In this document: positions 33,731-42,074 of the stretch, piece after piece | How the letters are laid out: the number at the start of each line of letters is the position of its first letter | Position numbering within the stretch: position 1 is the stretch's first letter | Origin: a virus | Lineage: Duplodnaviria; Caudoviricetes | Virus record (IMG/VR): IMGVR_UViG_3300044652_000007 | Span: 1-44,850 of that record | Strand: one strand, 5' to 3' | DNA: 44,850 nt | Made by a program: the position numbers and the translations under genes | Notes under the pieces: model-generated | Seen by the model: only the letters and a program-made list of their open reading frames with translations | What the model was told of the DNA's origin: nothing | The model's database searches: none

Positions 33731-35496
33731 GCGGTCGTCGGCTGGGAGCCTTGCAGCGCGATGGGCAGGTTGCCGGTCAGCCGAGCGAGCGCGCTGTCGC
33801 CGTTGTCGAGCGGCGTCTGCGCCAGGTTCTTGGCCGCGACGGATGCCTGCTGCGCGATCGCCGCGGCGTGCGCCTGCTGCTGCTGCTGCGCGCGCTTCGA
33901 GCGGATCGCCGCCACCTGGTCATCGGAGCGCAGCATGCGCGGCGGCGCGCCGACGCCGTCGAAGTAGGCGGTGATCGTCTCGTCCACGTCGACGCGGTCG
34001 AACGCCGTGGGGTCCTGCGTCTGCTGCACGATCGACGCCACGAAGCCGGCCGCGCGCTCGATCGCGCCGATGCCCGCCAGCTTCTGCGCCTCGGCCATGA
34101 TCGAGGTAAACTCGACCTTCCAGTCCTTGCCCTGGATCTCGGCCGGCGGCGGCGGGAGAGTCCCGTTGCGCGCCTTGATGTCCATCGTGCGCTCGATCGC
34201 CGGCGCGAGCAGATCGGTGCCGACCGACTCGACCACCGGGCCGAGTTGCAAGAACTGCTCCTGCTGCCGCGCGCGGATCTCGGTCGCGGTGATGTCGCTG
34301 CGGTTGTTGTCGGACATCATCCGGAACAGCGTGGCGAAGTACGTGTCCTTGATGCGCTCGCGGTGGTCCTCGATGTCCTGCAACGCGCCCTGGAGATCCA
34401 CCTGCGCCTGGTAGATCGGGCGGATGAACCCGGTCTGGACGTTGGCCACCGTCGTGAAGCCGCCGGGCAGCGTCGACACGGTCGAGTTGCGCAGCTCGGG
34501 GCCGCCCTGGAGCGGCGGGTCCAACTGCTTCTCGACGCCCTTCGCCTTGGTCCGCTGCCACCATTGCAGGCCCTGGATGTCGCCGAGCGCGTTCATGCCG
34601 GGGCACTGGCTGCCGTACACATCCTCGCCCGTCACCATCCAACGCGGCGCGAGCACGGGGAAGGTGTGGAAACCGCTCTCGCGCAGGTAGCAGACATCGT
34701 CGCCGCACTGCGTGTCGCGCTCGAAGGTGCACGATGCGTACTTGGCCTCGCGGATGTCGAGCGCGCCGTCGCGGTACAGCGCGTTGGGCTCGATCACCTG
34801 ACAGACGTTGATCCACTCTTCGGTGTTGCCGTTCTTCCAGAGGTTGCGCGTGGACTCGGTCAGCACGGAGAGATCCGTGACCTCGCCCGTGCTCTTGTCG
34901 GTGCAGAACTCCTCCACGATCTGCCGCACCGTCATCGCCCACTCGCGGACGAACGTGTCCACGCGGCCGGCAGCATTGCAGGACAGCATGTACGAGCCGA
35001 TCGGCAGGGGCTGCGTGCGGATCTCGTGGACCTCGTCCTCCAGCAGCAGGCCCGCGGCGGTGCCGAAGCCGCCGAGGTCGTAGTACATGCTGTGCAGCGA
35101 GCGGTAGAAGTCCGAGCGCGCGAACGTGTCGCGCAGCGATGCCTCGCAGTCGGCCAGCCAGCGCTTCACGTTCGGCCGGTCGTTCAGGTCCTTCTGCGTC
35201 ATCGTCAGCTTGAACCACGGCCGCGCCGGCGAGGTCATGCCGGTGAGCATGCCCGCGGCGAGCGCCTCCAGTGCGCGCGAGCCGGTGTTGTCGATGATCG
35301 CCTGATGCCGCTTGTCGCCGCGGTTCACCTGCGAGCGCGGATCGCCGAGGAAGCGACCACGCCGCGGCAGCACGAACTTCTCGATGTCGCGCCAGTGGGT
35401 GATCCATGAGGCGCGCTCGGTGCGCAGCTTCTGCACCAGCATGCGGTGGCGCTTCACCCGCGGCGGCTTGTCCTTGGCCTTGGCGTAGGCGACCAT
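33727..35496 (-). CDS. Portal (head-tail connector) protein (589 aa)
   Basis: LAAGMLTGMTSPARPWFKL, DLGGFGTA, PRW...GEDVYG, ITATEIRARQQE..LQLGPV. Confidence 0.93.
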   Translation of the reverse strand: MVAYAKAKDKPPRVKRHRMLVQKLRTERASWITHWRDIEKFVLPRRGRFLGDPRSQVNRGDKRHQAIIDNTGSRALEALAAGMLTGMTSPARPWFKLTMTQKDLNDRPNVKRWLADCEASLRDTFARSDFYRSLHSMYYDLGGFGTAAGLLLEDEVHEIRTQPLPIGSYMLSCNAAGRVDTFVREWAMTVRQIVEEFCTDKSTGEVTDLSVLTESTRNLWKNGNTEEWINVCQVIEPNALYRDGALDIREAKYASCTFERDTQCGDDVCYLRESGFHTFPVLAPRWMVTGEDVYGSQCPGMNALGDIQGLQWWQRTKAKGVEKQLDPPLQGGPELRNSTVSTLPGGFTTVANVQTGFIRPIYQAQVDLQGALQDIEDHRERIKDTYFATLFRMMSDNNRSDITATEIRARQQEQFLQLGPVVESVGTDLLAPAIERTMDIKARNGTLPPPPAEIQGKDWKVEFTSIMAEAQKLAGIGAIERAAGFVASIVQQTQDPTAFDRVDVDETITAYFDGVGAPPRMLRSDDQVAAIRSKRAQQQQQAHAAAIAQQASVAAKNLAQTPLDNGDSALARLTGNLPIALQGSQPTTA

Positions 35497-35499
35497 GGA

Positions 35500-35775
35500 T
35501 CAGCCCCCCAGCAGCGTGGTGGTGTTGGGCGCCGATCCGAGCAGGCCGCCGGGACCGGTCAGCAGCGTGGACTGTCGACCGTTCGCGTTCGCGCGCTGCT
35601 GCGCCTTCTGCGCCATCAGCGGATCGGTGTCGGCCACCTTCGGCTTGGCGATGGCGTCCGGCAGCTTCGGGAGCGCCGGCGGCTTCGGGGCGTTCTCGGC
35701 GGAGTACACAGCGGCACCAGCACCAGCCAGCGACGAGATGAGCAGAGCGGTTTCGCCCACACCGAGGTCGGCCAT
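35500..35775 (-). CDS. Small pre-portal virion protein (91 aa)
   Basis: Pro-rich, ends GRQSTLLTGPGG...TTLLGG, typical of the podovirus gene before portal. Confidence 0.78.
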   Translation of the reverse strand: MADLGVGETALLISSLAGAGAAVYSAENAPKPPALPKLPDAIAKPKVADTDPLMAQKAQQRANANGRQSTLLTGPGGLLGSAPNTTTLLGG

Positions 35776-35777
35776 GG

Positions 35778-36242
35778 TCAGATCCTCTTGAGGTAGCCGT
35801 TGTGGCTCGGCACGTAGCGCAGGCGTTCCAGCATCGCGCCGAACGGCGAGCCGACGTGCGCGACGTGCGTCACCAGCGACACATCCTCGCGCGCCAGCTC
35901 GCCGTTCGCGTAGGCCATCAGCCGCAGGCCGGTCGCGCCCTCCCGGTGGCTCGGCGCGACGAACAGCACGTCATGCGACGCGATCTTGAGGTGCTTGTGG
36001 TGGAGGTGCTCGCGGACGAAGAAGCCGGCGTAGCCGATCAGCGTCCCCTCGGCGTCGCGCGCGGTGAAGCAGCGCAGGCCGCCGGCCTCGTCGACCAGCT
36101 CGTACGTGTCGGTGTCGACGTTCAGCCGCTCGTTGCGCAGCGGGCCGTCGCTGGCCGCGTGGTGCTGGACGAACAGCGGAAGCAGCTCCGCCCACAGATC
36201 GGCGACGCGCTCGCGCTGGAAGGACACGTCGCCCGCGGCCAC
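35778..36242 (-). CDS. GNAT-family acetyltransferase-like protein (154 aa)
   Basis: FTARDAEGTLIGYAGFFV..HLHH...ASHDVLFVAPSHREGATGLRLM. Confidence 0.8.
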   Translation of the reverse strand: MAAGDVSFQRERVADLWAELLPLFVQHHAASDGPLRNERLNVDTDTYELVDEAGGLRCFTARDAEGTLIGYAGFFVREHLHHKHLKIASHDVLFVAPSHREGATGLRLMAYANGELAREDVSLVTHVAHVGSPFGAMLERLRYVPSHNGYLKRI

Positions 36243-36245
36243 GGC

Positions 36246-36404
36246 CTACTTGCGGCCCTTCGCCGCCATCTTGTTGAACTTCGCGTCGCCGTACTTCTTC
36301 CGGCCGATGGAGGCCGCGAGCGCCGCGGGGTCCTTGATCCCCTTCTCGCCGCTGAACTCGTGCACGAGACGCTTGAACCGCGAGCCGTCGCCGAGCTTGC
36401 CCAT
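36246..36404 (-). CDS. Small basic phage protein (52 aa; absent from the ORF track)
   Basis: Manual translation MGKLGDGSRFKRLVHEFSGEKGIKDPAALAASIGRKKYGDAKFNKMAAKGRK. Confidence 0.72.
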   Translation of the reverse strand: MGKLGDGSRFKRLVHEFSGEKGIKDPAALAASIGRKKYGDAKFNKMAAKGRK

Positions 36405-36424
36405 GCGGACCCCCGGAGCCGATG

Positions 36425-36441
36425 GTATCCATGTGGGATAC
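36425..36441. promoter_or_regulatory. 17-bp operator in the divergent gap upstream of the GNAT/portal operon
   Basis: GTATCCATGTGGGATAC, intergenic. Confidence 0.72.
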
Positions 36442-36479
36442 CGGCTTCCATGTTCCGGTTAGGGAGACAGGATGGCGGC

Positions 36480-36695
36480 ATGTACGACTGGGAAACGCGC
36501 TCGCCCGCACCGATGCCTCACCGGCGCGAACTCGCGTGGCTGATGAAGCAGGAGACTCACGCCTCGGGCTCGATTTTCTGCGGCGTGCCCCTTCGCGAGA
36601 TGACGCGCGAGGAGCTGATGGCCGTGGCGTCCTACGGCATGCGCCGGTGGATGGACGCGGCGGGCTACTCGATCACGCCTCCACCGCAGCAATGA
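36480..36695 (+). CDS. Hypothetical protein (71 aa), opposite strand
   Basis: MYDWETRSPAPM...GVPLREMTREELMAV; ATGA-coupled to the next gene. Confidence 0.6.
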   Translation: MYDWETRSPAPMPHRRELAWLMKQETHASGSIFCGVPLREMTREELMAVASYGMRRWMDAAGYSITPPPQQ

Positions 36696-36892
36696 CGCAG
36701 CGCCCGCTCATCACGATCACCACGAAGGATCCGGCGCTGATGGCGGATCCAGCCGTGCGCACCTGGTGCGACCAGGTGTCCGCTATGCTGGAGCGTCTGA
36801 TCGCCGACGAATGGCGGCTGTGGATGCTTTACGGCATCGAGCCGTCATGGCAGAGGGCGCCTACGCCTCCGCCGCCGCATTCCGCCGACTGA
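36692..36892 (+). CDS. Hypothetical protein (66 aa), opposite strand
   Basis: MTQRPLITITTKDPALMADP...; ATGA overlap. Confidence 0.6.
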   Translation: MTQRPLITITTKDPALMADPAVRTWCDQVSAMLERLIADEWRLWMLYGIEPSWQRAPTPPPPHSAD

Positions 36893-37373
36893 GCGCCTCG
36901 CGCGACCACCACCAACGGTCGGAGCCGACGGCGACGGCGTCGAAGCGCACGTCGCTGACCAGAACCTGGATCACCGCCGCCTCGGGGAGCGACAGCCGGA
37001 TCGCGATGGCGGTTGCCGACTCGCCGCCCATGCGCTGCACGTCGCGGCGTTCCAGGTAGGCCAGGATGCGGTCGGCCATGGTCAGCTCTTCCACTTTCGG
37101 CGGCGAAAGTGGCAAAGCTCTATCCGCTCTCACACCATCGTGTGATTTCCGCCGGTGCCGCTTCTTCGGCTTCTCGCCCGTCAGCTCCAGCCGCGCCTCA
37201 GCCGTCAGCTTCCAGTACCAGCAGCCGAAGCCGGCGACGCGCTCGAAGGTCAGATAGCGCCGGTTCAGCTCGGCGACCACATCGGGAACGGAGCGGCCGG
37301 CAGCAGCAGCGAGCACGCGCGGGTCGGCGATCTCCTGCGCGTGGACGGAGGCGAGAAGCGGGTCGGGGGTCAT
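36861..37373 (-). CDS. Hypothetical protein with HTH-like segments (170 aa)
   Basis: TGATG coupling; MADRILAYLE...SATAIAIRLSLPEAAVIQVL; basic linker KPKKRHRRK. Confidence 0.6.
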   Translation of the reverse strand: MTPDPLLASVHAQEIADPRVLAAAAGRSVPDVVAELNRRYLTFERVAGFGCWYWKLTAEARLELTGEKPKKRHRRKSHDGVRADRALPLSPPKVEELTMADRILAYLERRDVQRMGGESATAIAIRLSLPEAAVIQVLVSDVRFDAVAVGSDRWWWSREALSRRNAAAEA

Positions 37374-37600
37374 CAGTCGCCCTGTCGGTCGGGTCGGTAG
37401 TCGAGCGTCTCGCGCGCGCGAAGGCGCCAACCAGGATGCAGGTGGTCGTCGTATTCGCGTCGGCGCGTCATCAGCGCCACGCCGCGTGTCTTGATCGTTC
37501 GCACGATCGTCGGATACGGCATGAACACCGTCGTGCTGATGAGCCACACGGAGCTGTTGCCGTAGTCGCTGGTCGTGTAGGCGCCGCCGTGGATGCTCAC
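37373..37600 (-). CDS. Hypothetical protein (75 aa)
   Basis: GTGA overlap with the terL stop. Confidence 0.55.
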   Translation of the reverse strand: MSIHGGAYTTSDYGNSSVWLISTTVFMPYPTIVRTIKTRGVALMTRRREYDDHLHPGWRLRARETLDYRPDRQGD

Positions 37601-38934
37601 TGCCGCTCCGCGAACGGGTCGTAGTCGAACACCACGCGATGTGCGCTCGGCGCCGGCCTGCCGATGCCGAACGAGCGCGGGATGACGGGCGCCGCGTGCG
37701 TGAGCGCCAGCCCGTCGCCCACGTCCGGCGAGCGCAGGCCGCGCTTGATCAGGTCGTCCTTGGACTCCAGCTCGAACACCTGGCGGTTGTTGTCGTAGCT
37801 GTAGGTCGGCGCGCAGAGGTCCATGCGCACGATTGGGTCGTCAGGCAGCGCGCCCCCCGCCTCCAACCACTCCTTCATGGCCCACCACATTTCGCAGCGG
37901 CGGTTGGCGAAGCGCGGGTTGTTGGCGCGTCCGCCGAAGTCGACCGGGATCACGGAGAATCCGAGTTGGCCAAGCCGATCGATGACTCCCTCGCCTCGGC
38001 CGGCGTCGATGAAGATGGCGTCCGGCTGCCACTCGCTGGCGTGGTGCGCAACCTCGTCGGCCAGCTCCATGTTGTTGAGCGCCTTGTTGCCGGAGTCGCC
38101 ACCGAACACGCGCGGCGCCCACGTCGCGAGTCCTTGTCTGCGCCAGATGCACGAGCGGTCGCCGCCGTAGCGCGCCACGTCCACGCCCATCACCTTGGCC
38201 GCGTGCTGGTACTCGTCATCGCGCAGATGTTTCCCGCAGGCGTTGTTCACCATCACCATGCTGATGAGTTGGTTTTCTGCCGCGGCATCGAAGTCGCACA
38301 GCAACTCCTGGCGGAACTGGTTGTCAGTCATCTCACGCCGCATCGCCTCGATCTCGGCCGGATCCAGCGCGTCGGTGTCGCGGTAGGTGTAGATGCCCGC
38401 ATACCAATCGGGGTCCTTAACCGCGGCGAAGTAGATTTCGCTGAGTAGGTTCACCCCCTTGGGGGTCCCGAGCACAATCGCCCAGCCCTTGCGGTCGGCG
38501 AGCGCCGGTCGGATGACGCTGCCCCACAGGTCCGGCTTGATGTCGGCGACCTCGTCGATCACGACGCCATCGAGGTACAAGCCGCGCAGCGCGTCGGGGT
38601 TGTTCGCGCCGTAGATGCGGATGCGCGCTCCGTTCGGGAACTCCACCCACAGCTCGGACTCGTTGAAGGTCGCCTTGGGCACGCGGCCGGCGAACTCGCG
38701 CAAATAACTCCAAGCGATGGCCTTGGCCTGGATCCAGTACGGGGCGATGTAGGCGTACCGCGCGTTGGGCTTGGCCGTGCGCAAGGCGGCGTCGATCAGC
38801 GTCAGGACCGCGAGGACGGACTTGCCGGCGCGGCGATGGCACACCAGGACGTTGAAGCGCTTGAGCGAGCGATGGACCGTGTCCTGCCAGCGGCGCGGTC
38901 GGTATTGCAGATCGACGGCCTGCGTGGTCGTCAT
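37597..38934 (-). CDS. terL: Terminase large subunit
   Basis: HRRAGKS Walker A, VVIDEVAD Walker B, GTPKG, GVDVARYGGDRS and SPDVGDGLALT nuclease motifs. Confidence 0.95.
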   Translation of the reverse strand: MTTTQAVDLQYRPRRWQDTVHRSLKRFNVLVCHRRAGKSVLAVLTLIDAALRTAKPNARYAYIAPYWIQAKAIAWSYLREFAGRVPKATFNESELWVEFPNGARIRIYGANNPDALRGLYLDGVVIDEVADIKPDLWGSVIRPALADRKGWAIVLGTPKGVNLLSEIYFAAVKDPDWYAGIYTYRDTDALDPAEIEAMRREMTDNQFRQELLCDFDAAAENQLISMVMVNNACGKHLRDDEYQHAAKVMGVDVARYGGDRSCIWRRQGLATWAPRVFGGDSGNKALNNMELADEVAHHASEWQPDAIFIDAGRGEGVIDRLGQLGFSVIPVDFGGRANNPRFANRRCEMWWAMKEWLEAGGALPDDPIVRMDLCAPTYSYDNNRQVFELESKDDLIKRGLRSPDVGDGLALTHAAPVIPRSFGIGRPAPSAHRVVFDYDPFAERQ

Positions 38935-39014
38935 CGCCCGCGCATCCACGTGCCCACGACCAGACCGATGGCGACGCCGATCACTGTGCAGCAGATCAGC
39001 AGGAGCGGGTCCAT
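38931..39014 (-). CDS. Single-TM micro-protein (27 aa)
   Basis: MDPLLLICCTVIGVAIGLVVGTWMRGR; TGATG and ATGA coupling. Confidence 0.55.
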   Translation of the reverse strand: MDPLLLICCTVIGVAIGLVVGTWMRGR

Positions 39015-39169
39015 CAGCGCCGCTCGTCCTGCCCGCTGAGCCACCAGCCGAGCCACACCGCTAGCGCCATGAGCAGCAGGAACGGCAGCGCGAAGCCGTC
39101 GTCGCCGCGCATGTCGACGGGGCCGGGCGCGCCGGTGCCAGCGGGTGCTGCCTGTTCGGTGGCGATCAC
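39014..39169 (-). CDS. Single-TM small protein (51 aa)
   Basis: ...GFALPFLLLMALAVWLGWWLSGQDERR; GTGA overlap. Confidence 0.5.
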   Translation of the reverse strand: MIATEQAAPAGTGAPGPVDMRGDDGFALPFLLLMALAVWLGWWLSGQDERR

Positions 39170-39372
39170 GCCTGTGCCTTCCGCGGCTGGACGGTGCCGA
39201 GCAGGTGATGCGCCAGGACGTGGCGGCAGGCCAGGCAGCGAGCACGCGTGTCGCCGACGCGCTCCTTGTGCCACGTCTCGCTCGGCAGCATCCCGCACAG
39301 CGCGTGCTCGGTGCCGCGCTCCAGCGCGTGCAGCACGCGACCGCCGAATGCCTTGCGCCACTCGACGATCAC
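39166..39372 (-). CDS. Small His/Cys protein (68 aa)
   Basis: LHAL...HALCG...RCLACR; GTGA overlaps. Confidence 0.6.
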   Translation of the reverse strand: MIVEWRKAFGGRVLHALERGTEHALCGMLPSETWHKERVGDTRARCLACRHVLAHHLLGTVQPRKAQA

Positions 39373-39482
39373 AGCTTTCCCAGCATCCAGAGCGTGACGC
39401 AGGTGCCGACGGCCGAGCCGAGCGAGAAGCACGAGACGCAGAGCGAGATGAGTTGCAGCCAGGGGAACGGTTCGGTGGTCAC
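39369..39482 (-). CDS. Single-TM micro-protein (37 aa)
   Basis: VTTEPFPWLQLISLCVSCFSLGSAVGTCVTLWMLGKL; GTGA overlaps. Confidence 0.5.
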   Translation of the reverse strand: MTTEPFPWLQLISLCVSCFSLGSAVGTCVTLWMLGKL

Positions 39483-39730
39483 AGAGCCTCGATGGTGACG
39501 CGCACTCGACATCCGTGGGCGCGCAGGTTGTTGAGCCAGTCGGCCGCGGGCGGCTGCTTGGCGGCGTCGATGAGGTTGGCGATCAGCGTGCCGGCGACCT
39601 CGCCCAGCTCGTTTGCTGCCAGCTCGGGCGGCAGCGTCTGGAGCATGTCGCCGTCCACGACCATGGTCACGTCCGCGGGGTTGGTGGCGTCCACGTAGAT
39701 AGGCGAGGGCATGGGGGAGTCGTCGGTCAC
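39479..39730 (-). CDS. Hypothetical protein (83 aa)
   Basis: GGGGAG RBS, GTGA overlaps. Confidence 0.65.
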   Translation of the reverse strand: MTDDSPMPSPIYVDATNPADVTMVVDGDMLQTLPPELAANELGEVAGTLIANLIDAAKQPPAADWLNNLRAHGCRVRVTIEAL

Positions 39731-39969
39731 TTGGCTCCCCCTGCCGAGACGATGAACCGCACGCGCAGCCCGGCCTTGAGGATCGCTCGCTTGAGCTTCG
39801 CGTGCTCCGGCGTCGCCAGTGCATCGCGGATGGCTTCGAGCCAGAATCCGGCCTCTTTCAGAGCGCCCGCCAGCCCTTCAATCTCGATCTGCTGGCTCGG
39901 GATCTGCGCCCACGCCTCGACCGTCTCGTCTGGCGTGCGCGTCCTGCGTGTCTTGTACTTCGGCTTCAC
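39727..39969 (-). CDS. Hypothetical protein (80 aa)
   Basis: VKPKYKTRRTR...; GAGG RBS, GTGA overlaps. Confidence 0.6.
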   Translation of the reverse strand: MKPKYKTRRTRTPDETVEAWAQIPSQQIEIEGLAGALKEAGFWLEAIRDALATPEHAKLKRAILKAGLRVRFIVSAGGAK

Positions 39970-40256
39970 GGCCGCACCTCGACCGGCTGCCCGCCGTCGG
40001 TGATGAGCCACGCGCGGCCGGTCTCGGTGTCGGTCAGCACCTGCTGGTGGTAGTCGATGCGCTCGACCTTGAACCGCGTCGAACCGTTCCGGTTGATGAG
40101 CAGGCCGGCGCCGACGATCAGGGCGCACACGAGCACGCCGTACGCGATGAACATGGCGAAGCCGGGGGGAGGCGCGTGCGTCGCCTTCGCATGGTGGATC
40201 CCGCCGTTACTGGCGATCATGCGCCACTCGGTGTCGGTGTAGTTGGTGCCGGTCAT
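39966..40256 (-). CDS. Single-TM membrane protein (96 aa)
   Basis: FAMFIAYGVLVCALIVGAGLLI hydrophobic segment; ATGA overlap. Confidence 0.68.
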   Translation of the reverse strand: MTGTNYTDTEWRMIASNGGIHHAKATHAPPPGFAMFIAYGVLVCALIVGAGLLINRNGSTRFKVERIDYHQQVLTDTETGRAWLITDGGQPVEVRP

Positions 40257-40486
40257 GCGGCCTCACGCTCATCGCGACGCGCCTCGGCACGCTCCTGCTT
40301 CACGTGGTCGCGCTTCATCGCGCGCTCGCACGCGCAGATCCAGCAGCCGCGGTTGGAGCAGTGGCCGATGTGCTCGGTCTTGTGCCAGCGGTGGCCGCCC
40401 GGCGGGATGTCGCGGATGCGCGCGATGCGGTCGCGGCGAGCGACAACACGATCCGTGCGATGGCGGCGATCAGCACGGCCACTCAC
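40253..40486 (-). CDS. Basic Cys/His protein (77 aa)
   Basis: VSGRADRRHRTDRVVARR...HCSNRGCWICAC; GTGA overlap with the terS stop. Confidence 0.6.
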   Translation of the reverse strand: MSGRADRRHRTDRVVARRDRIARIRDIPPGGHRWHKTEHIGHCSNRGCWICACERAMKRDHVKQERAEARRDEREAA

Positions 40487-40767
40487 GCGCCCTGCTCCGG
40501 CGACGCCGGCACCCCAGTCACCACTCGAATACTGACCGGCCCTCCACCCTCGCCCGTGACCTCCAGCGGAATGCACCGCCCGAGCAGCGGGACGAAGCAC
40601 TGCGGCGCCGTCGTGGCCACCATCGTCAGGTAGCCGACCAGGCCACCGTCGCCCTGGCCGTCCGAGCCGACGTTGCTGGCGGCGAGCAGCACGGCCTCGC
40701 GGATCGTCTTGGTCAGCTTGTTCGGCGTGCCCTTCTGCCGCCCGCCGGTTTTCTTGCCCTTGGCCAT
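40483..40767 (-). CDS. terS: Terminase small subunit-like protein (94 aa)
   Basis: MAKGKKTGGRQKGTPNKLTKTIREAV...GLVGYL...F..LLGR.IPLEVTGEGGGPV. Confidence 0.75.
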   Translation of the reverse strand: MAKGKKTGGRQKGTPNKLTKTIREAVLLAASNVGSDGQGDGGLVGYLTMVATTAPQCFVPLLGRCIPLEVTGEGGGPVSIRVVTGVPASPEQGA

Positions 40768-40819
40768 CTACCTAGCCCTGTTTCAGACGGGTCGCCGTCT
40801 GATCGCGACCGTAGTGTCG

Positions 40820-40836
40820 GTATCCCAAATGGCTAC
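40820..40836. promoter_or_regulatory. 17-bp operator upstream of terS (start of the late region)
   Basis: GTATCCCAAATGGCTAC, 52 bp from the terS ATG. Confidence 0.72.
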
Positions 40837-41117
40837 CGGAAAGACGCGCGTAAGGCACGCGGTAGGTGCTCGTGCGCCTTCCTGCGCTTCTCGTCCCAGG
40901 CGTCAACGATCCAGCACCACGCGCACAGTTCGCGCACCTCGATCGGATCCTTGGTCAACGCGAACGGCGTGGTCCACCAGTTCCGCGGCTCCGGTGGCTT
41001 GATCGCCTTGCGCGCCAGCTCGCCGAAATCGCCGCAACGCGAACAGTGACCCATGACACACAGGCTCGGCGCCCAGCGGTTTCCGGTCCACGAGTGGATG
41101 GGCGGTATCTCGATCAC
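40833..41117 (-). CDS. Hypothetical Cys-containing protein (94 aa)
   Basis: HCSRCG and LCAWC motifs; GGAGAG RBS, GTGA overlap. Confidence 0.65.
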   Translation of the reverse strand: MIEIPPIHSWTGNRWAPSLCVMGHCSRCGDFGELARKAIKPPEPRNWWTTPFALTKDPIEVRELCAWCWIVDAWDEKRRKAHEHLPRALRASFR

Positions 41118-41620
41118 CTCTCCACCCCCATCGCAGCCGCGAGGGCGGCGCGCGCTATCTCTTCCACGCGGGCGACTTCATCTGCCGTGCGCGGTCCCGT
41201 GACAATGCGCAGGATCTCCCGCATCGCATCCGTCACCCCCTCGGGGGAGCGCCGGACGAAGCCGGCGGCGAGGATGGCGTCGGCGAGCATCTCAACGATT
41301 CCGTCACCAGATGCCCACAGACGGATGCGCCTGTCCATGTCCTTGGCGTCGCCCGTCGACACGGTGAGCACCGGTTCCAGCGCCGTCTGCTGCGGGCCGA
41401 AGGCGGTCGACAGAGTGCGGATCAACACCTCGCGGTCGGTCTCGCCGGCGGGGGTGGGCGTGCGCGACCACAGCACCGCCTGGCACCGCATGCAGACGAT
41501 GCGCTCCAACGCCTCGTGGCCGGTCGATCCGCCGGAGTCGTGCCGCAGGTCGATCACGCGGTGCCGGCAGCCCTGCCCCTCGGGGGGTTGGGAGGGCGTG
41601 GGGGGTTGGGGGTCCGTCAT
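41114..41620 (-). CDS. Hypothetical protein (168 aa)
   Basis: MTDPQPPTPSQ...; GAGG RBS, ATGA overlap. Confidence 0.65.
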   Translation of the reverse strand: MTDPQPPTPSQPPEGQGCRHRVIDLRHDSGGSTGHEALERIVCMRCQAVLWSRTPTPAGETDREVLIRTLSTAFGPQQTALEPVLTVSTGDAKDMDRRIRLWASGDGIVEMLADAILAAGFVRRSPEGVTDAMREILRIVTGPRTADEVARVEEIARAALAAAMGVER

Positions 41621-41838
41621 GGCAACACCTCGATCGCTTTGATCGCGTAGGTCCACCGCTGGCCGAGGTACCGGCCCTGTGCCTTGCGATCGGCGATCCA
41701 GTTCTCGTCGTGGCGCTGATTGCGCTCGATCGAGGCCTCGGCGCCGGCACGCGACAAGTGCACGTCCATGACGCGCGTGGTCCAATCGCCGTCGCTGTCC
41801 AGTTCGTCGCACGTGAGCACGTAGACCGTGAGGCTCAT
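41617..41838 (-). CDS. Hypothetical phage protein (73 aa)
   Basis: TVYVLT...VMDVHLSRAGAEA...YAIKAIEV; GGAGGGG RBS. Confidence 0.68.
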   Translation of the reverse strand: MSLTVYVLTCDELDSDGDWTTRVMDVHLSRAGAEASIERNQRHDENWIADRKAQGRYLGQRWTYAIKAIEVLP

Positions 41839-42074
41839 GCGTCGTTCCCCTCCTGGGTGGGGGTGGCGCCGGCGGCGGGCTTGCCTGCCCTGCCGCACGC
41901 GCGGCAGCGCCGGCGCGTCGCAGCGGTCATCCCGTAGGCGTCGCATCGCGCACGTTGGGTGTGACCGCACGAGAGCGTTTCGAGCACACGGTCGTAGCGG
42001 TCCTCATACGTCCACGTCACGATGAGGCGCAGCGGGTTGCGGTTGATGCGCCTGGCTGTCGTGCGGTAGCTCAC
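41835..42074 (-). CDS. Hypothetical zinc-ribbon-like protein (79 aa)
   Basis: ETLSCGH...RRRCRAC; GTGA start. Confidence 0.65.
   Translation of the reverse strand: MSYRTTARRINRNPLRLIVTWTYEDRYDRVLETLSCGHTQRARCDAYGMTAATRRRCRACGRAGKPAAGATPTQEGNDA

Noticed and set aside
35778-36242. GNAT as a novel toxin or anti-defence gene
   Set aside because: A GNAT-like gene near portal/virion genes is common in this podovirus type, with no antitoxin-like context
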